From an uncultured Solirubrobacteraceae bacterium (GTDB taxonomy: Bacteria > Actinomycetota > Thermoleophilia > Solirubrobacterales > Solirubrobacteraceae): 64,000 nt of DNA. Of this stretch, positions 10,001-18,633 are shown piece after piece (the stretch's first letter is position 1; each line of letters starts with the position of its first letter). The notes beneath the pieces were generated by a model that searched no databases, was not told the origin of the DNA, and worked only from the letters and a program-made list of their open reading frames with translations. Location: assembly GCA_963849085.1 (NCBI GenBank), contig CAWKFP010000007.1:20893-84892 (forward strand), read 5' to 3'. The translations under genes and the position numbers were made by a program.

Positions 10001-11926
10001 GCGGCCTACACCCTGACCGCGGCCGATGTCGGCGAGAGCATCCGGGTCGTCGTCACCGCGGTCAACGTCGATGGCAGCACGACCGCCACCAGCGCCCCGA
10101 CCGCGGTCGTGCTCGGCCCGCCGACGAACACCGCGGCGCCCGCCGCCCCGAGCGGAACGCTGGAGAACACCGACACGCTGACCGCCGCCGCCGGAACCTG
10201 GGACGAGCCGTCGGCGACCTTCGTCTACGCCTGGATGCGATGCCCGGCCACCGCCGCCGCCGTCACCGCAGCCTGCACCAAGGTCGCGACCGGCACCACC
10301 TACACGCTCGCCGCCGCCGACGTCGGCTCGACGATCGCGGTGGCCGTGACCGCCACCTCGATCGGCGGGCAGACGACGGTCGACGGCGCGCTGACCGCCG
10401 TGATCACCGGCCGGCCGCTGACCAACCTCACCGCGCCGGGCATCAGCGGCAATCCCCAGGTCCCCGACACGCTCGGCGCCACCCCAGGGCAGTGGAGCGT
10501 CACGCCGACCACCACCGCCTTCACCTGGGAGCGCTGCGACCTCGACGGCAGCTCCAACTGCGTGTCGGTCGGGACCTCCGGCTCCTACACCCTGTCGAGC
10601 GCCGACCTCGGCCACACGATCGTCCTGCAGGTGAGCGTCACCTCGCCGGGACAGACCGCGACCGCGGTCAGCAGCGCGCTGACCGTCCAGGATCAGCCCT
10701 CCCCGCAATCCGCCGCCGCCCCCACGATCAGCGGATCGCCGGTCCGCGCCAGCGTGCTGACCGCCACCGCCGGCACGTGGTCCAACAGCCCCACGCAGAT
10801 CCTCTACCAATGGATGCGCTGCGACGCGAGCGGGCACAACTGCCAGCCGCTGACCGGGCAGACCGCAGCCACCTACACGCCGACGCACGCCGACGAGGGA
10901 TCCACCGTCACCGTCACGGTCACCGCCGCCAACGCCGCCGGCAGCGCAGCGGCGACCGCCGCCCCGGCCGGCCCGATCGCCGCCGCCCTCCCGGTCAGCA
11001 CCGCCGCGCCGGTCATCCAGACCGACAGCGCGATCGCCGCCGACGGCGTCACCCTGACAATGGGCGGCTATCGCTGGCAGGCGACGCCGGACACGATCCT
11101 CACCACGTCGTGGCAGCGCTGTGACACCGCCGGCCAGAACTGCGTGACGATCGCCGGCGCCACCGGTACGAGCTACACGCTGGCCGACGCCGACGTCGGC
11201 TCCACGGTCAGGGCGGTCAGCATCGCCACCAACGCCGACGGCACCGTCTCCGCGGCCTCGCCGCGCACGGGGACCGTTCTGCCGCCGGCGCCGCGATGGA
11301 AGACGCTGCCGATCCTGGGGGCCGATCCCGGTCACGTGGGCGACGTGCTGAGCATCACCGCCGGAGTCTGGACGGGGCCGGCGGTCACCACCGACACGGT
11401 GCAGCTGATGCGCTGCACGAACGTCTGTCAGAGCGACGGCGCGGCCGGAGCGAGCGCGTACACGATCGCCGGCAGCGACGTCGGGGCGATCCTGCGGGTG
11501 CGCGAGACCGCCGCGAACGTCTCCGGGGACACCGTCGTCTGGTCGGCGAGCTACGTCGGACCGGTCATCTCGACGAGCGCCGGGGTTGCGGTGCTGGCCG
11601 GCGGCCAGGTTGCGATCCGCACCGACCAGGGCATGACCCTGGCGACGGCGCAGCTCGCCCCGGCGCCGGCGGCGATGACCGCCGACATCCGGATCGCCGG
11701 CGTGACGCGCCGGCGGGCGCCCGGGCGCGGCCCGACGGTCACCCTGCACCGCGCGCACGGGGTGCGCGGGAGCCTGACGGCGTGGGTGTGCCCGGTCACG
11801 CTCAACCCCGACGGCTCGCCGCGGGCCTGCAGCGCCCGCGTCGCTCTCCGAGCCCGCGCCCGGCTCGAGCTCCCGGCATCGATGACCGGGCGCCTTCGTG
11901 TCGTGGTGATCACGACACGGCGCTGA
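4004..11926 (+). CDS. giant secreted sedolisin (S53)-like peptidase fused to an FN3 domain and about 20 Ig-like repeats
   Basis: Signal peptide (ITLALALTLVCVGGGTASA). S53 motifs: WEVESALDVD (Glu/Asp), STGDTGY, DVSADADP, GGTSLSSPLIA (Ser). FN3-like YEWQYGTSTAYG...GTTYDYRLVATNSDG. Then about 95-aa units matching G.W.G..N.Y.YQWQRS.D.G.TW..I.GAT...YT....DEG..(I/L)R..VTA.N.DG. Arg-rich C-terminal tail. The ATG at 4022 is an alternative start. Confidence 0.9.
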   Translation: MTKDIGMDSVIRRAHITLALALTLVCVGGGTASAATPQAAFAFDAPLTGTATPASPGARDPAPATTELAAELEQSTGLSPSQVTTRSECPAVSPGQARCDAQAVVLRADAQPVHPRPGARATFTQVFPRDHRGIASVAAIGGAAATAPLAHTPAWLQQAYDLTYLSQTGGVGDTVAVIEAGDDPDADSDLATYRSAYGLPACTTANGCFEKVNESGQQGEYPATAQPDWEVESALDVDAVSALCPNCHILLVEAGTSYSTDLDAAVATAVSLGANQVSNSYSLASNTPYAGTWTFPGVAVIASTGDTGYIAGGEGSYPATLPGVTAAGGTNLAPTTTSAPSPRGFTEASWAQATVDGVTDGASSGCDLQETKPAWQTDTGCTGRSYSDVSADADPYTGLDIYESAGGGWQLYGGTSLSSPLIAAYEAVTGVTGTTPQWAYADSHLLTDPTTGMNGLTIETDNDACGLALAYLCNAGVGYDGPTGVGSILGDVVPGAPGVGGPSIGAGWQGAGNTYAQMTTSTTVTLTGGVYPNSLDTTYEWQYGTSTAYGEQTAATDIGSGTAAVGVTDTLTGLTPGTTYDYRLVATNSDGTSYGYNYSFTTAAASDVAPVDTVLPAISGTATEGQTLAVTTGGWNPSPTGYTYQWQRSADGANWTAITGATGSTYTLAAADVGDDIDVVVTAADAWGQTAATATAVGLVASATPVNTGAPAITGSPHQGEVLTVTSTWTPANLTYTYQWQRSPDASTWSNISDATAATYTLGVADEGDSIRVAVTAADAYGATTADSPAIGPIHSNPPVNITVPGVTGTPQRTFTLTAGQGTWSGTGNAYEYQWQSSPDGGVTWSNISDADSSTYKLGVTDEGDEIRVVVTASNVDGLTTQASAATNPVAPDPPGNTIAPTISGTAERSDTLSATAGTWTGPDNSYAYQWQRDCGGGFADVTGATTDSDTLTAADEGCSVRVVVVATNPDAAIAQASQPTATVTADLPVNTTAPALTGTAQRGSTLSASAGTWSGQGNAYSYQWQDSIDGSTWASIPGATATTYTLGVGDEGTELRAVVTATNPDGSATADTADSTLIPAAPPVDSAVPTVSGTAQRTAVLTGTLGTWSGIANTYTEQWQRSADHGVTWTNIAGATAGTYTLGAADEGDIVRLLVTATNPDGTAAAASVATATVVGGAPVATAPPVVTGPAQRAGTLTATAGMWGGLGNTYTYQWDRSTDQGATWTPVTGATGLTDTLGVADEGSQLRLSVTASNPDGTVTAVSSATGVVPAAPPADTAPPSVTGTPQRASTLTGTQGTWTGIGNTYADQWQSSPDGGVTWTAIPGATATTYTPVLADEGNLIRLRVTATNPDAVVTAVSAATIAVAAAAPADTALPAITGTVARGSILTGSPGAWSGAGNSTTDQWQSSPDDGVTWTAITGATGSTYTPTIADEGSELRFAVTVSNPDGTATVASAATLAVPSSPPVDTAVPVITGTAARASTLAVSTGTWSGIGNTYTYQWQRNAGTGFVAISGATNATYVVGVADEGATLRAVVSAANPDGTVTATTAATTVVPSAPPVDTAVPTIAGTAQRGGILNSFQGTWTGIGNAYADQWQRSADQGATWTAIAGATAGSYTLTAADEGDLVRLQVTATNPDGIAVADSAATATVAAAAPSDTSLPTIAGTPTRSAILTSTPGVWSGFANAYLLQWQRSADQGATWTDISGATTSDYTLAVADEGDLVRLQVTASNSDGGAIAASAPTATISAAPAVNTVLPTVTGVAVRGSSLSSAQGTWTGAGNVYTNQWQRSADGGTTWTDIAGATSAAYTVAVSDEGSELRVAVTATNPDGALTVTSVPTSVAAAAPPVSTSAPVVSGILQRTALLTATTGSWNGVGNVYTDQWQRSADQGATWVNIPGATSATYTPVAADEADNLRVLVTGSNLDGTSSAASAATAPIQGAPPVESALPVVSGTVGLGDKLTATSGTWKPDTTGIGYAWQRGTPAGGYQTIPGQTAAAYTLTAADVGESIRVVVTAVNVDGSTTATSAPTAVVLGPPTNTAAPAAPSGTLENTDTLTAAAGTWDEPSATFVYAWMRCPATAAAVTAACTKVATGTTYTLAAADVGSTIAVAVTATSIGGQTTVDGALTAVITGRPLTNLTAPGISGNPQVPDTLGATPGQWSVTPTTTAFTWERCDLDGSSNCVSVGTSGSYTLSSADLGHTIVLQVSVTSPGQTATAVSSALTVQDQPSPQSAAAPTISGSPVRASVLTATAGTWSNSPTQILYQWMRCDASGHNCQPLTGQTAATYTPTHADEGSTVTVTVTAANAAGSAAATAAPAGPIAAALPVSTAAPVIQTDSAIAADGVTLTMGGYRWQATPDTILTTSWQRCDTAGQNCVTIAGATGTSYTLADADVGSTVRAVSIATNADGTVSAASPRTGTVLPPAPRWKTLPILGADPGHVGDVLSITAGVWTGPAVTTDTVQLMRCTNVCQSDGAAGASAYTIAGSDVGAILRVRETAANVSGDTVVWSASYVGPVISTSAGVAVLAGGQVAIRTDQGMTLATAQLAPAPAAMTADIRIAGVTRRRAPGRGPTVTLHRAHGVRGSLTAWVCPVTLNPDGSPRACSARVALRARARLELPASMTGRLRVVVITTRR
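5828..11566 (+). repeat. about 20 tandem coding repeats, about 287 bp (95-96 aa) each, inside the giant gene
   Basis: Counted by eye from the translated protein. Repeats 1-15 carry WQRS..D.G.TW. Repeats 16-20 carry a W(M/E/Q)RC...C cysteine-pair variant. Confidence 0.9.
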
Positions 11927-12037
11927 GGCCGGGCGGCCGGCGGTCGGGCCGGGCGGCCGGCGGGGTCAGGCCGGGCGGCCGGCGGTCAGGCCGGGCGGCC
12001 GGCGGTCAGGCCGGGCGGCCGGCGGTCAGGCCGGGCC
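11927..12037. repeat. 20-bp tandem repeat GGCCGGGCGGCCGGCGGTCA, 5 units plus a partial
   Basis: Units at 11927-11946, 11947-11968 (22 nt), 11969-11988, 11989-12008 and 12009-12028. The array fills the whole gap between the convergent stop codons at 11924-11926 and 12026-12028. Confidence 0.95.
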
Positions 12038-12502
12038 GTGGCCGAGGGCGTCGGCGGCGGCGGCGACGAACCCCGTGGCCATCGATTCCCCGATGCCGCC
12101 GACCGGGACGAGCCGCGGCACCGACAGGCTCGCGCTGAGCGCGAGCCGGATCTCGCTCCCGGCCCCCCCGGCCGCCCCGGCCGCCGGCGCCAGCCGCCAG
12201 ACGACATCGAAGCGCTCGGGATCGGAGGGATCATGCGGGATCCGCGCGAGCGTGATCGTCCGCAGGTGCTCGGTCGTGACCGTCAGCCGCAGGTCGAAGT
12301 CCCGGACGATCGGTCCGACCGACGCGTGCAGGGTGGCCGTGGCGCGCGTCGGCCGGCCGTCGAGGTCGCGCTCCAGCACGTCGGCCCGGCGCACGACCGC
12401 CGGAAACCAGGACGGATAGCCGTCGATGGCCAGCAGAAAGGCGAACGTCTCCTCGATCGAGGCCGCGACCGACGTCGCGGCGGTTCCCTGGAGATCCTTC
12501 AT
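12026..12502 (-). CDS. SRPBCC (START / polyketide cyclase-dehydrase-like) family protein
   Basis: 158 aa from ATG 12502 with GGAGGG SD upstream. Sequence: MKDLQGTAATSVAASIEETFAFLLAIDGYPSWFP... The upstream part of the track ORF (to 12802) overlaps the S53 gene end and is not protein-like. Confidence 0.75.
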   Translation of the reverse strand: MKDLQGTAATSVAASIEETFAFLLAIDGYPSWFPAVVRRADVLERDLDGRPTRATATLHASVGPIVRDFDLRLTVTTEHLRTITLARIPHDPSDPERFDVVWRLAPAAGAAGGAGSEIRLALSASLSVPRLVPVGGIGESMATGFVAAAADALGHGPA

Positions 12503-12758
12503 TCCCTCCGACCTTATCGCCGCCCGGCGACTGCCGGTCGGCCGCGGACGAGACGCGCGCCGGCGGACCTGCGTATCCAATGGTCCATATCGGCGCGTTT
12601 GCGCAGCAGGTTCACGTGATGCCCGCGCCCGCCGATCCCCGCGCCCGCCGATCCCCGGGCCCGCCGGCGGCGGGCGGGAACCGGACGTGACGTGACGGAC
12701 GGCGGCCGGACCGTTTCGAGAACGGTCCGGCCGCCTGCACGTCAGCCTCTGCTCGTGA

Positions 12759-14873
12759 TCAGAAGGCGGCCAGGGTGCCGATGAAGTCCTGGCCGGGCGC
12801 ACCGAGCCCGGTCAGGCTGTCATAGCCGATCGCGGTCGTCTGCGTCTCCGGACGGCTGGCGCAGTTGCCGGTGCCGTCGCAGTAGACCTCCATGCCCTGC
12901 CAGCCGATCTCACGGAACTGCTGGACGGTCCCGGTGGCGTACGTCGTCCCGTTGTTGAGCCCGAGCCCGAGGTCACCGGCGAAGTCCGTCCGGGCCTGGC
13001 CGAGATCACCGTTGGGGACGATGTCCTCGATCGAGGAGGGGTCCGCGGTGTCCATCTTGTACAGCGCGGGATTGATGAACCCGAGCGGCGTCCCCGACGC
13101 CTGATCGGCGTCGGCGACGATCCCGGCCAGCAGCGGCGAGGCGAGGCTCGTCCCGCCGTAGCGGGTCTCGGTGTACAGCGACAGCCCGTCGGGCAGCGTC
13201 TGGTGCAGCCCGATCAGGAACCCGGTGGCCGGGTCGGCCTCCAGCGAGATGTCGGGCACGACCCGCGCGTTCGCCGTACCGTTGAACGCCGCGTTGCGCT
13301 CCGCGAGCGCGTCGGGGACGACGCCCGCCTGGTAGAACGGCTGCGCGTAGTTGTAGCTGGTGAAGCCACCGCTGCTGCCGTCCGCGGTCACCGGCAGCCA
13401 GGTGCCGGCGGTCGCCGCCGTGCAGCCCGGGTAGTCGCCCTCGATGTTGGCCGTGCACAGGAACGAATGGCCGGTCTGCCAGCCGTACTCCGCCGTCCGC
13501 TGGCCGTCGGCGCCGATCGCCAGCGTCGTGCCGCCGACGGCGGTCACGAACGGGCTGGAGGCCGGATAGTCGGCGGCCGAGACGCCGATCAACGCGAAGT
13601 TGTCGCCGTCGTCGCCCGAGGAGTACTGGACGGTGATCCCGGTGGCGTCGGCGAGCATGAACAGGTCGTCGACCGCCGTCCGGGTGGCGACGTCGTCGAG
13701 CAGATCCCCGCCGGTGTCGGCCCACGAGTTGCTGATCACGTTGGCCAGGCCGTTGTCGATCACCGTCTGCTCGGCGGCGTACAACCCGGTGACGCAGTCC
13801 TGGGCGCCGACGTAGAGGATGTGGGCATCCGGCGCCATCGAGTGCGCCGACTCGATGTCGATCGCCTCCTCGGTCTGCCATCCGCTGGCCGCGCACTCCG
13901 ACTCGTCGTCGAACGGCGTCTGGTCGATCTGGGTGAAGTCGGCCGCCGAGAACGGCTCGCTCGGATCGTTGTCGGCGAAATAGCGAGAGGCGTCGGAGGC
14001 GATCGTCGACGAGTCATAGGCGTCGATGATGGCGATCGTCTCGCCCGCGCCGGTGTTGGCGGCGGTCAGCCCGTAGGCCGAGCGCAGCTGGGCCGGCTTG
14101 TAGCCGCAGACGGTATCGGGCACCGTCGCCGGATAGCCGTTGCCGAACGGCGGATTCTCCGTCGTCGTCAGCGCGCCGAAGGACGAGGAGCACGGCCCGT
14201 GGGTGAGGAAGGCCGACGGCGCCGGCGGATCGGAGCTCGCGTTCCTGGTGACCGCGGGATCCTGGTCGGTGGACCCGGGGATGTCGGGGCTGCCGGCATC
14301 GGCGGGCGTGGCGATCGTCTGGTTGATCCCCATCGCGCCGGTGATGACCCCGGCGAGCGACGTCGGCACGCTCAGCTCGGTGGACGCCATCCGCTCGGTG
14401 TGGCCGGCGACGGAGTAGTTGGCCAGCGTCGTGTCGAACGCCGACTCCACCTGGGCGGCCGTGCCCGAGGCCGAGATCGTGATCCCGTCCTTGGAGGCGC
14501 CGCCGACGGTGAAGCCCTGGCTGGTCAGCCACTGCTCGGCCTGGGCGATCGTGGCGGCCGTCGGCGAGAACCGGGCCTCCCACTGCGCGGCGGTCAGATA
14601 GTGCTTGTACAGCGCGCTGCTCGGGTCGCTGACGGCGCGCACCAGCAGCGCCGCGCCGAGCGGGTCACGCAGCTTCATGACGAGGTCGAACTTCACCGCG
14701 GTCGACGGAGCGACCGCGCTCCCACCCTGCACCTGCACCTGGGCCGGCGCTGCCGTCCCGGCCAGCTGGGCACGGGCCGTGTCGGCCAGCGCGGCCGGTG
14801 TGGCCCCCGCAGCCACGACCGCTCCGGTACAGAAGACTGCCGACGCGGCAGCCATGAGCGACTTCCTTCGCAT
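12759..14873 (-). CDS. S53 family peptidase (sedolisin/kumamolisin-like) with pro-kumamolisin activation domain
   Basis: Signal peptide and prodomain (YLTAAQWEARFSP...AEQWLTSQGF...ISASGTAAQVESAF). Catalytic motifs EEAIDIESAH, SSGDDGD, GGTSLASPLLAG. The ATG at 14873 follows a TTG at 14876. Confidence 0.9.
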   Translation of the reverse strand: MRRKSLMAAASAVFCTGAVVAAGATPAALADTARAQLAGTAAPAQVQVQGGSAVAPSTAVKFDLVMKLRDPLGAALLVRAVSDPSSALYKHYLTAAQWEARFSPTAATIAQAEQWLTSQGFTVGGASKDGITISASGTAAQVESAFDTTLANYSVAGHTERMASTELSVPTSLAGVITGAMGINQTIATPADAGSPDIPGSTDQDPAVTRNASSDPPAPSAFLTHGPCSSSFGALTTTENPPFGNGYPATVPDTVCGYKPAQLRSAYGLTAANTGAGETIAIIDAYDSSTIASDASRYFADNDPSEPFSAADFTQIDQTPFDDESECAASGWQTEEAIDIESAHSMAPDAHILYVGAQDCVTGLYAAEQTVIDNGLANVISNSWADTGGDLLDDVATRTAVDDLFMLADATGITVQYSSGDDGDNFALIGVSAADYPASSPFVTAVGGTTLAIGADGQRTAEYGWQTGHSFLCTANIEGDYPGCTAATAGTWLPVTADGSSGGFTSYNYAQPFYQAGVVPDALAERNAAFNGTANARVVPDISLEADPATGFLIGLHQTLPDGLSLYTETRYGGTSLASPLLAGIVADADQASGTPLGFINPALYKMDTADPSSIEDIVPNGDLGQARTDFAGDLGLGLNNGTTYATGTVQQFREIGWQGMEVYCDGTGNCASRPETQTTAIGYDSLTGLGAPGQDFIGTLAAF

Positions 14874-15074
14874 CAATCCTCACCCCACCTGATTTGAGTT
14901 GGATCCGAGCTGCGGAACTCTATACCTGTGATTGGACGGGTGCGCCGGTGAACTCCGCCGGTCCGTGGAGCCGGTGATCCCGCTGACATCCGGAGTGGAG
15001 GCGAGGGCCTCGCACGGGTAGCTTGTGACCATGTCAGGACGGCTCATCTTGACCGTGTCAGGTCGGTGCGCGCC

Positions 15075-15389
15075 ATGCTGATCGGCTACGAGCTCTGGGT
15101 CGTCGCCGTCGTGCTGCTCATGCTCCTGCCGGCGCTCTTCTTCCGGGGACCGGGCCCGCCGCCCGACGCCTCGGACGGCGACTCCGACGACGGCCGGGGG
15201 CGGGGGCCGAGAGCTCCGTCACCCCCGCCTGAAAGGCCGCGGGGCGGCTTGGCGATGCCGCTGCCCGACGCGCAGCCCGCGCGCATCCGGCTGCGCGAGC
15301 ACGGCCGGCTCGCCGACCGCAGCCCCGGGCCGGCCCGCCGGCCGACGCGCGAGCCGGAACGCGCGCCGCGCCGGGTCTCACGGCGGTGA
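15075..15389 (+). CDS. small membrane-anchored Pro/Arg-rich hypothetical protein
   Basis: One N-terminal TM helix (LIGYELWVVAVVLLMLLPALFF) followed by a low-complexity tail. High third-position GC. GTG 15066 is an alternative start. The 3' end overlaps the convergent gene by 12 nt. Confidence 0.4.
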   Translation: MLIGYELWVVAVVLLMLLPALFFRGPGPPPDASDGDSDDGRGRGPRAPSPPPERPRGGLAMPLPDAQPARIRLREHGRLADRSPGPARRPTREPERAPRRVSRR

Positions 15390-16694
15390 CGCCGGCGCCG
15401 GGTCTCCCGCGTCCGGCCAACCCCGGCGGCGCGCGCCGCCGGCGCCGGACTCGGTGTCCGGCAGCCGCCCGGAGGTCAGGTCGTCGGGCACCTGGGGCAG
15501 GATGTCGGTGAAGTACGACCGGGCGGCGGCGCGGGTGCCGACGTCCTTGCGGGCGCTCTCAGACAGAAACCAGCGATGCTCGAGCACCTCGTGGAAGACC
15601 TCCACAGGATCAAGCTTGTCACGGAGCTCCGGTGGGATGCTCGCAACGACCGGGTCGTAGACCTCCTCCAGCCAGCGGTTGGCGGCGGCGACCGCCGACA
15701 CCGGCCGGCCGGACTTGCGCTCCAGCATCGCCCGATACTGGGCGAGGTCGTTGAGCAGGCGCCGGGCCTGGTTCTCCTCGGTGACGAGGCCGGCGCGCTG
15801 GTAGAGCAGCCGGCGGTGATGGCCGGGCTCTGAGACCCGCGGCGTCACCCGCAGGCGGACCTGACGCTCGCCGCCGGCGGTCAGGCCGGCGCCGTCGGAG
15901 AGCTCGATCTCGTCGACGTCGAAGCCGAGGTCGTTGAGCCGCTTGACGCGCTCGGCGACGCGCTGGTGCTCCTCGCCGGCCGGCAGGAGCCATTCCCCGG
16001 TCAGCTCGCTCCACAGCGCTCGATAGGCGCGCTCCACCCGCGCGGCCACCGCGAGCGGATCGACGGCGTCGTCGAGCAGCCCGCCCGCCTGAAGGTCGAG
16101 CAGCTCGCCGGCCAGGTTCTCGGTGGCGAGCAGCACGTCAGCCTCGCGCTGGCCGTCGGACAACGCGTCACGCATCTCGGCGGTCTCGGCATCGACCAGG
16201 TACGCCGCCAACTGCCCGGCGTCGAGCCGGAACAGCGTGTTGGACAGCGAGCAGTCCCCCCAGTAGACGCCCGCGAGGTGCAGCCGGGCGAGCAGCGCGG
16301 CGAGCGCGTCCAGCAGACGGCTGCGCGAGTGCAGGCCGCGCGGCTCGGAGAACAGCGCCCGATAGGTGGAGGAGTACTGCAGATAGCCGGTGACGAGCGC
16401 GGCGTCGAGGTCCGCTCCGCGGTCGGCCACCACCCCCTCGATGGTGACGCATGGGACGCCGATCTCGGCGAGATGGAGCAGGATGCGGTACTCGCGCTTG
16501 GCCAGCTCCTCGGGCAGCTCCTTGATCGCCCACAGGTGCCCGCGATCCTCGATGAAGCGCACGACGTGACGATGCAGTCCCTCTCGGGGCGGCGTGACCA
16601 GCCGGCGGTCCTCCCAGTCGGCCAGCGGGCGCGCCCAGGGCAGGTCGATCAACCCCGCCGACTCGATTGCCGCGGGCGCCAGGGTCAGCCGCAT
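15378..16694 (-). CDS. DUF4032 / Kdo-WaaP-type kinase-like protein
   Basis: MRLTLAPAAIESAGLIDLPW...LWAIKELP...REYRILLHL...GVYWGDCSLSNTLF...AYLVDAETAE is the typical DUF4032 architecture. The ATG at 16694 overlaps the upstream TGA (TGATG). Confidence 0.7.
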   Translation of the reverse strand: MRLTLAPAAIESAGLIDLPWARPLADWEDRRLVTPPREGLHRHVVRFIEDRGHLWAIKELPEELAKREYRILLHLAEIGVPCVTIEGVVADRGADLDAALVTGYLQYSSTYRALFSEPRGLHSRSRLLDALAALLARLHLAGVYWGDCSLSNTLFRLDAGQLAAYLVDAETAEMRDALSDGQREADVLLATENLAGELLDLQAGGLLDDAVDPLAVAARVERAYRALWSELTGEWLLPAGEEHQRVAERVKRLNDLGFDVDEIELSDGAGLTAGGERQVRLRVTPRVSEPGHHRRLLYQRAGLVTEENQARRLLNDLAQYRAMLERKSGRPVSAVAAANRWLEEVYDPVVASIPPELRDKLDPVEVFHEVLEHRWFLSESARKDVGTRAAARSYFTDILPQVPDDLTSGRLPDTESGAGGARRRGWPDAGDPAPASPP

Positions 16695-17484
16695 CAGTCC
16701 ACCAGGCGGGCCCGGGCCGACCAGCCGCCGTCGGAGGCGATCACCTGGCCGGTCACCCACTCCGCCTCGTCGCTGACCAGCCAGGCCACAAGGCGCGCGG
16801 CGTCCTCGGGCGTCCCCCAGCGCCCACCGGGATTCTGCGCGGCGACGGCGTCGCGCAGCGCGGGACCGGCATAGCCGGTGTCGGTGGGACCCGGATCGAT
16901 GCAGTTGACGGTGATCCCCCTCGGCATCAGCTCGACCGCGAGGCTTGCGGTGAGCTGATGCAGCGCGCCCTTGGAGGCGATGTAGGGCAGCTCGGAGGGC
17001 ATCGCTCCGTGGTACTGCCCGGAGGTGAAGAGGACGATTCGCCCGCCCGGGCCGGCCGGGCGTGCGCTGTCCAGGGCGCGCGCCACAAGCAGGGTGGCGC
17101 GGGTGTTGACGGCGTAGGTGAGGTCGATCTCGGCGGCGGTCAGCTCGCCGAGCGCCTGAGCGCCCGACCGGGCGTGGTTGGCCACGACGATGTCGAGCCG
17201 CCCGAATGCCTCGAGGGCGGAGGACACGAGCAGGGCCGGGGCCTGCGGATCGGCGAGGTCGGCGCTGACATGCTCGGCCCGCCCGCCGGCCGCCCGCAGC
17301 TCGGCGAGCAGCCCCAGCGGACCGCCGGGGTCCGCACGCCAGGGCTGCTCCTCGTCATGCGGCGCCCAGGAGTGCACGAGCACCGACGCGCCGTCGGCGA
17401 CGAGCCGGCGGGCGATGGCGGCGCCGATCGCGCGGCGGCGGCTGGCGCCGGTGACCAGCGCCACCCGCCCGCCGAGGTTGCCGG

Positions 17485-17494
<10 letters not shown>
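16694..17494 (-). CDS. SDR family oxidoreductase (start codon uncertain)
   Basis: GRVALVTGASRRRAIG (TGxxxxxG), NHA, and YIASKGAL (YxxxK). There is no ATG/GTG/TTG upstream of the Rossmann strand. Candidate starts are CTG 17494 or 17488, or GTG 17464. Confidence 0.7.

Positions 17495-18613
<1,119 letters not shown>

Positions 18614-18633
<20 letters not shown>

Noticed and set aside
4646-11758. Very long alternative-frame and antisense ORFs inside the giant gene (4646-6388 minus, 6389-7648 minus, 7903-11124 plus, 9578-11758 minus).
   Set aside because: Their products are Arg/Gly/Pro/Asp-rich low-complexity strings, typical of off-frames in 72% GC DNA. The sense frame has clear S53/FN3/Ig motifs and high third-position GC.
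11927-12037. The tandem repeat arrays at 11927, 31701, 37815 and 58055 considered as CRISPR arrays.
   Set aside because: The units are directly adjacent with no unique spacers, the unit lengths are 7-24 bp, and there are no cas genes in the window.
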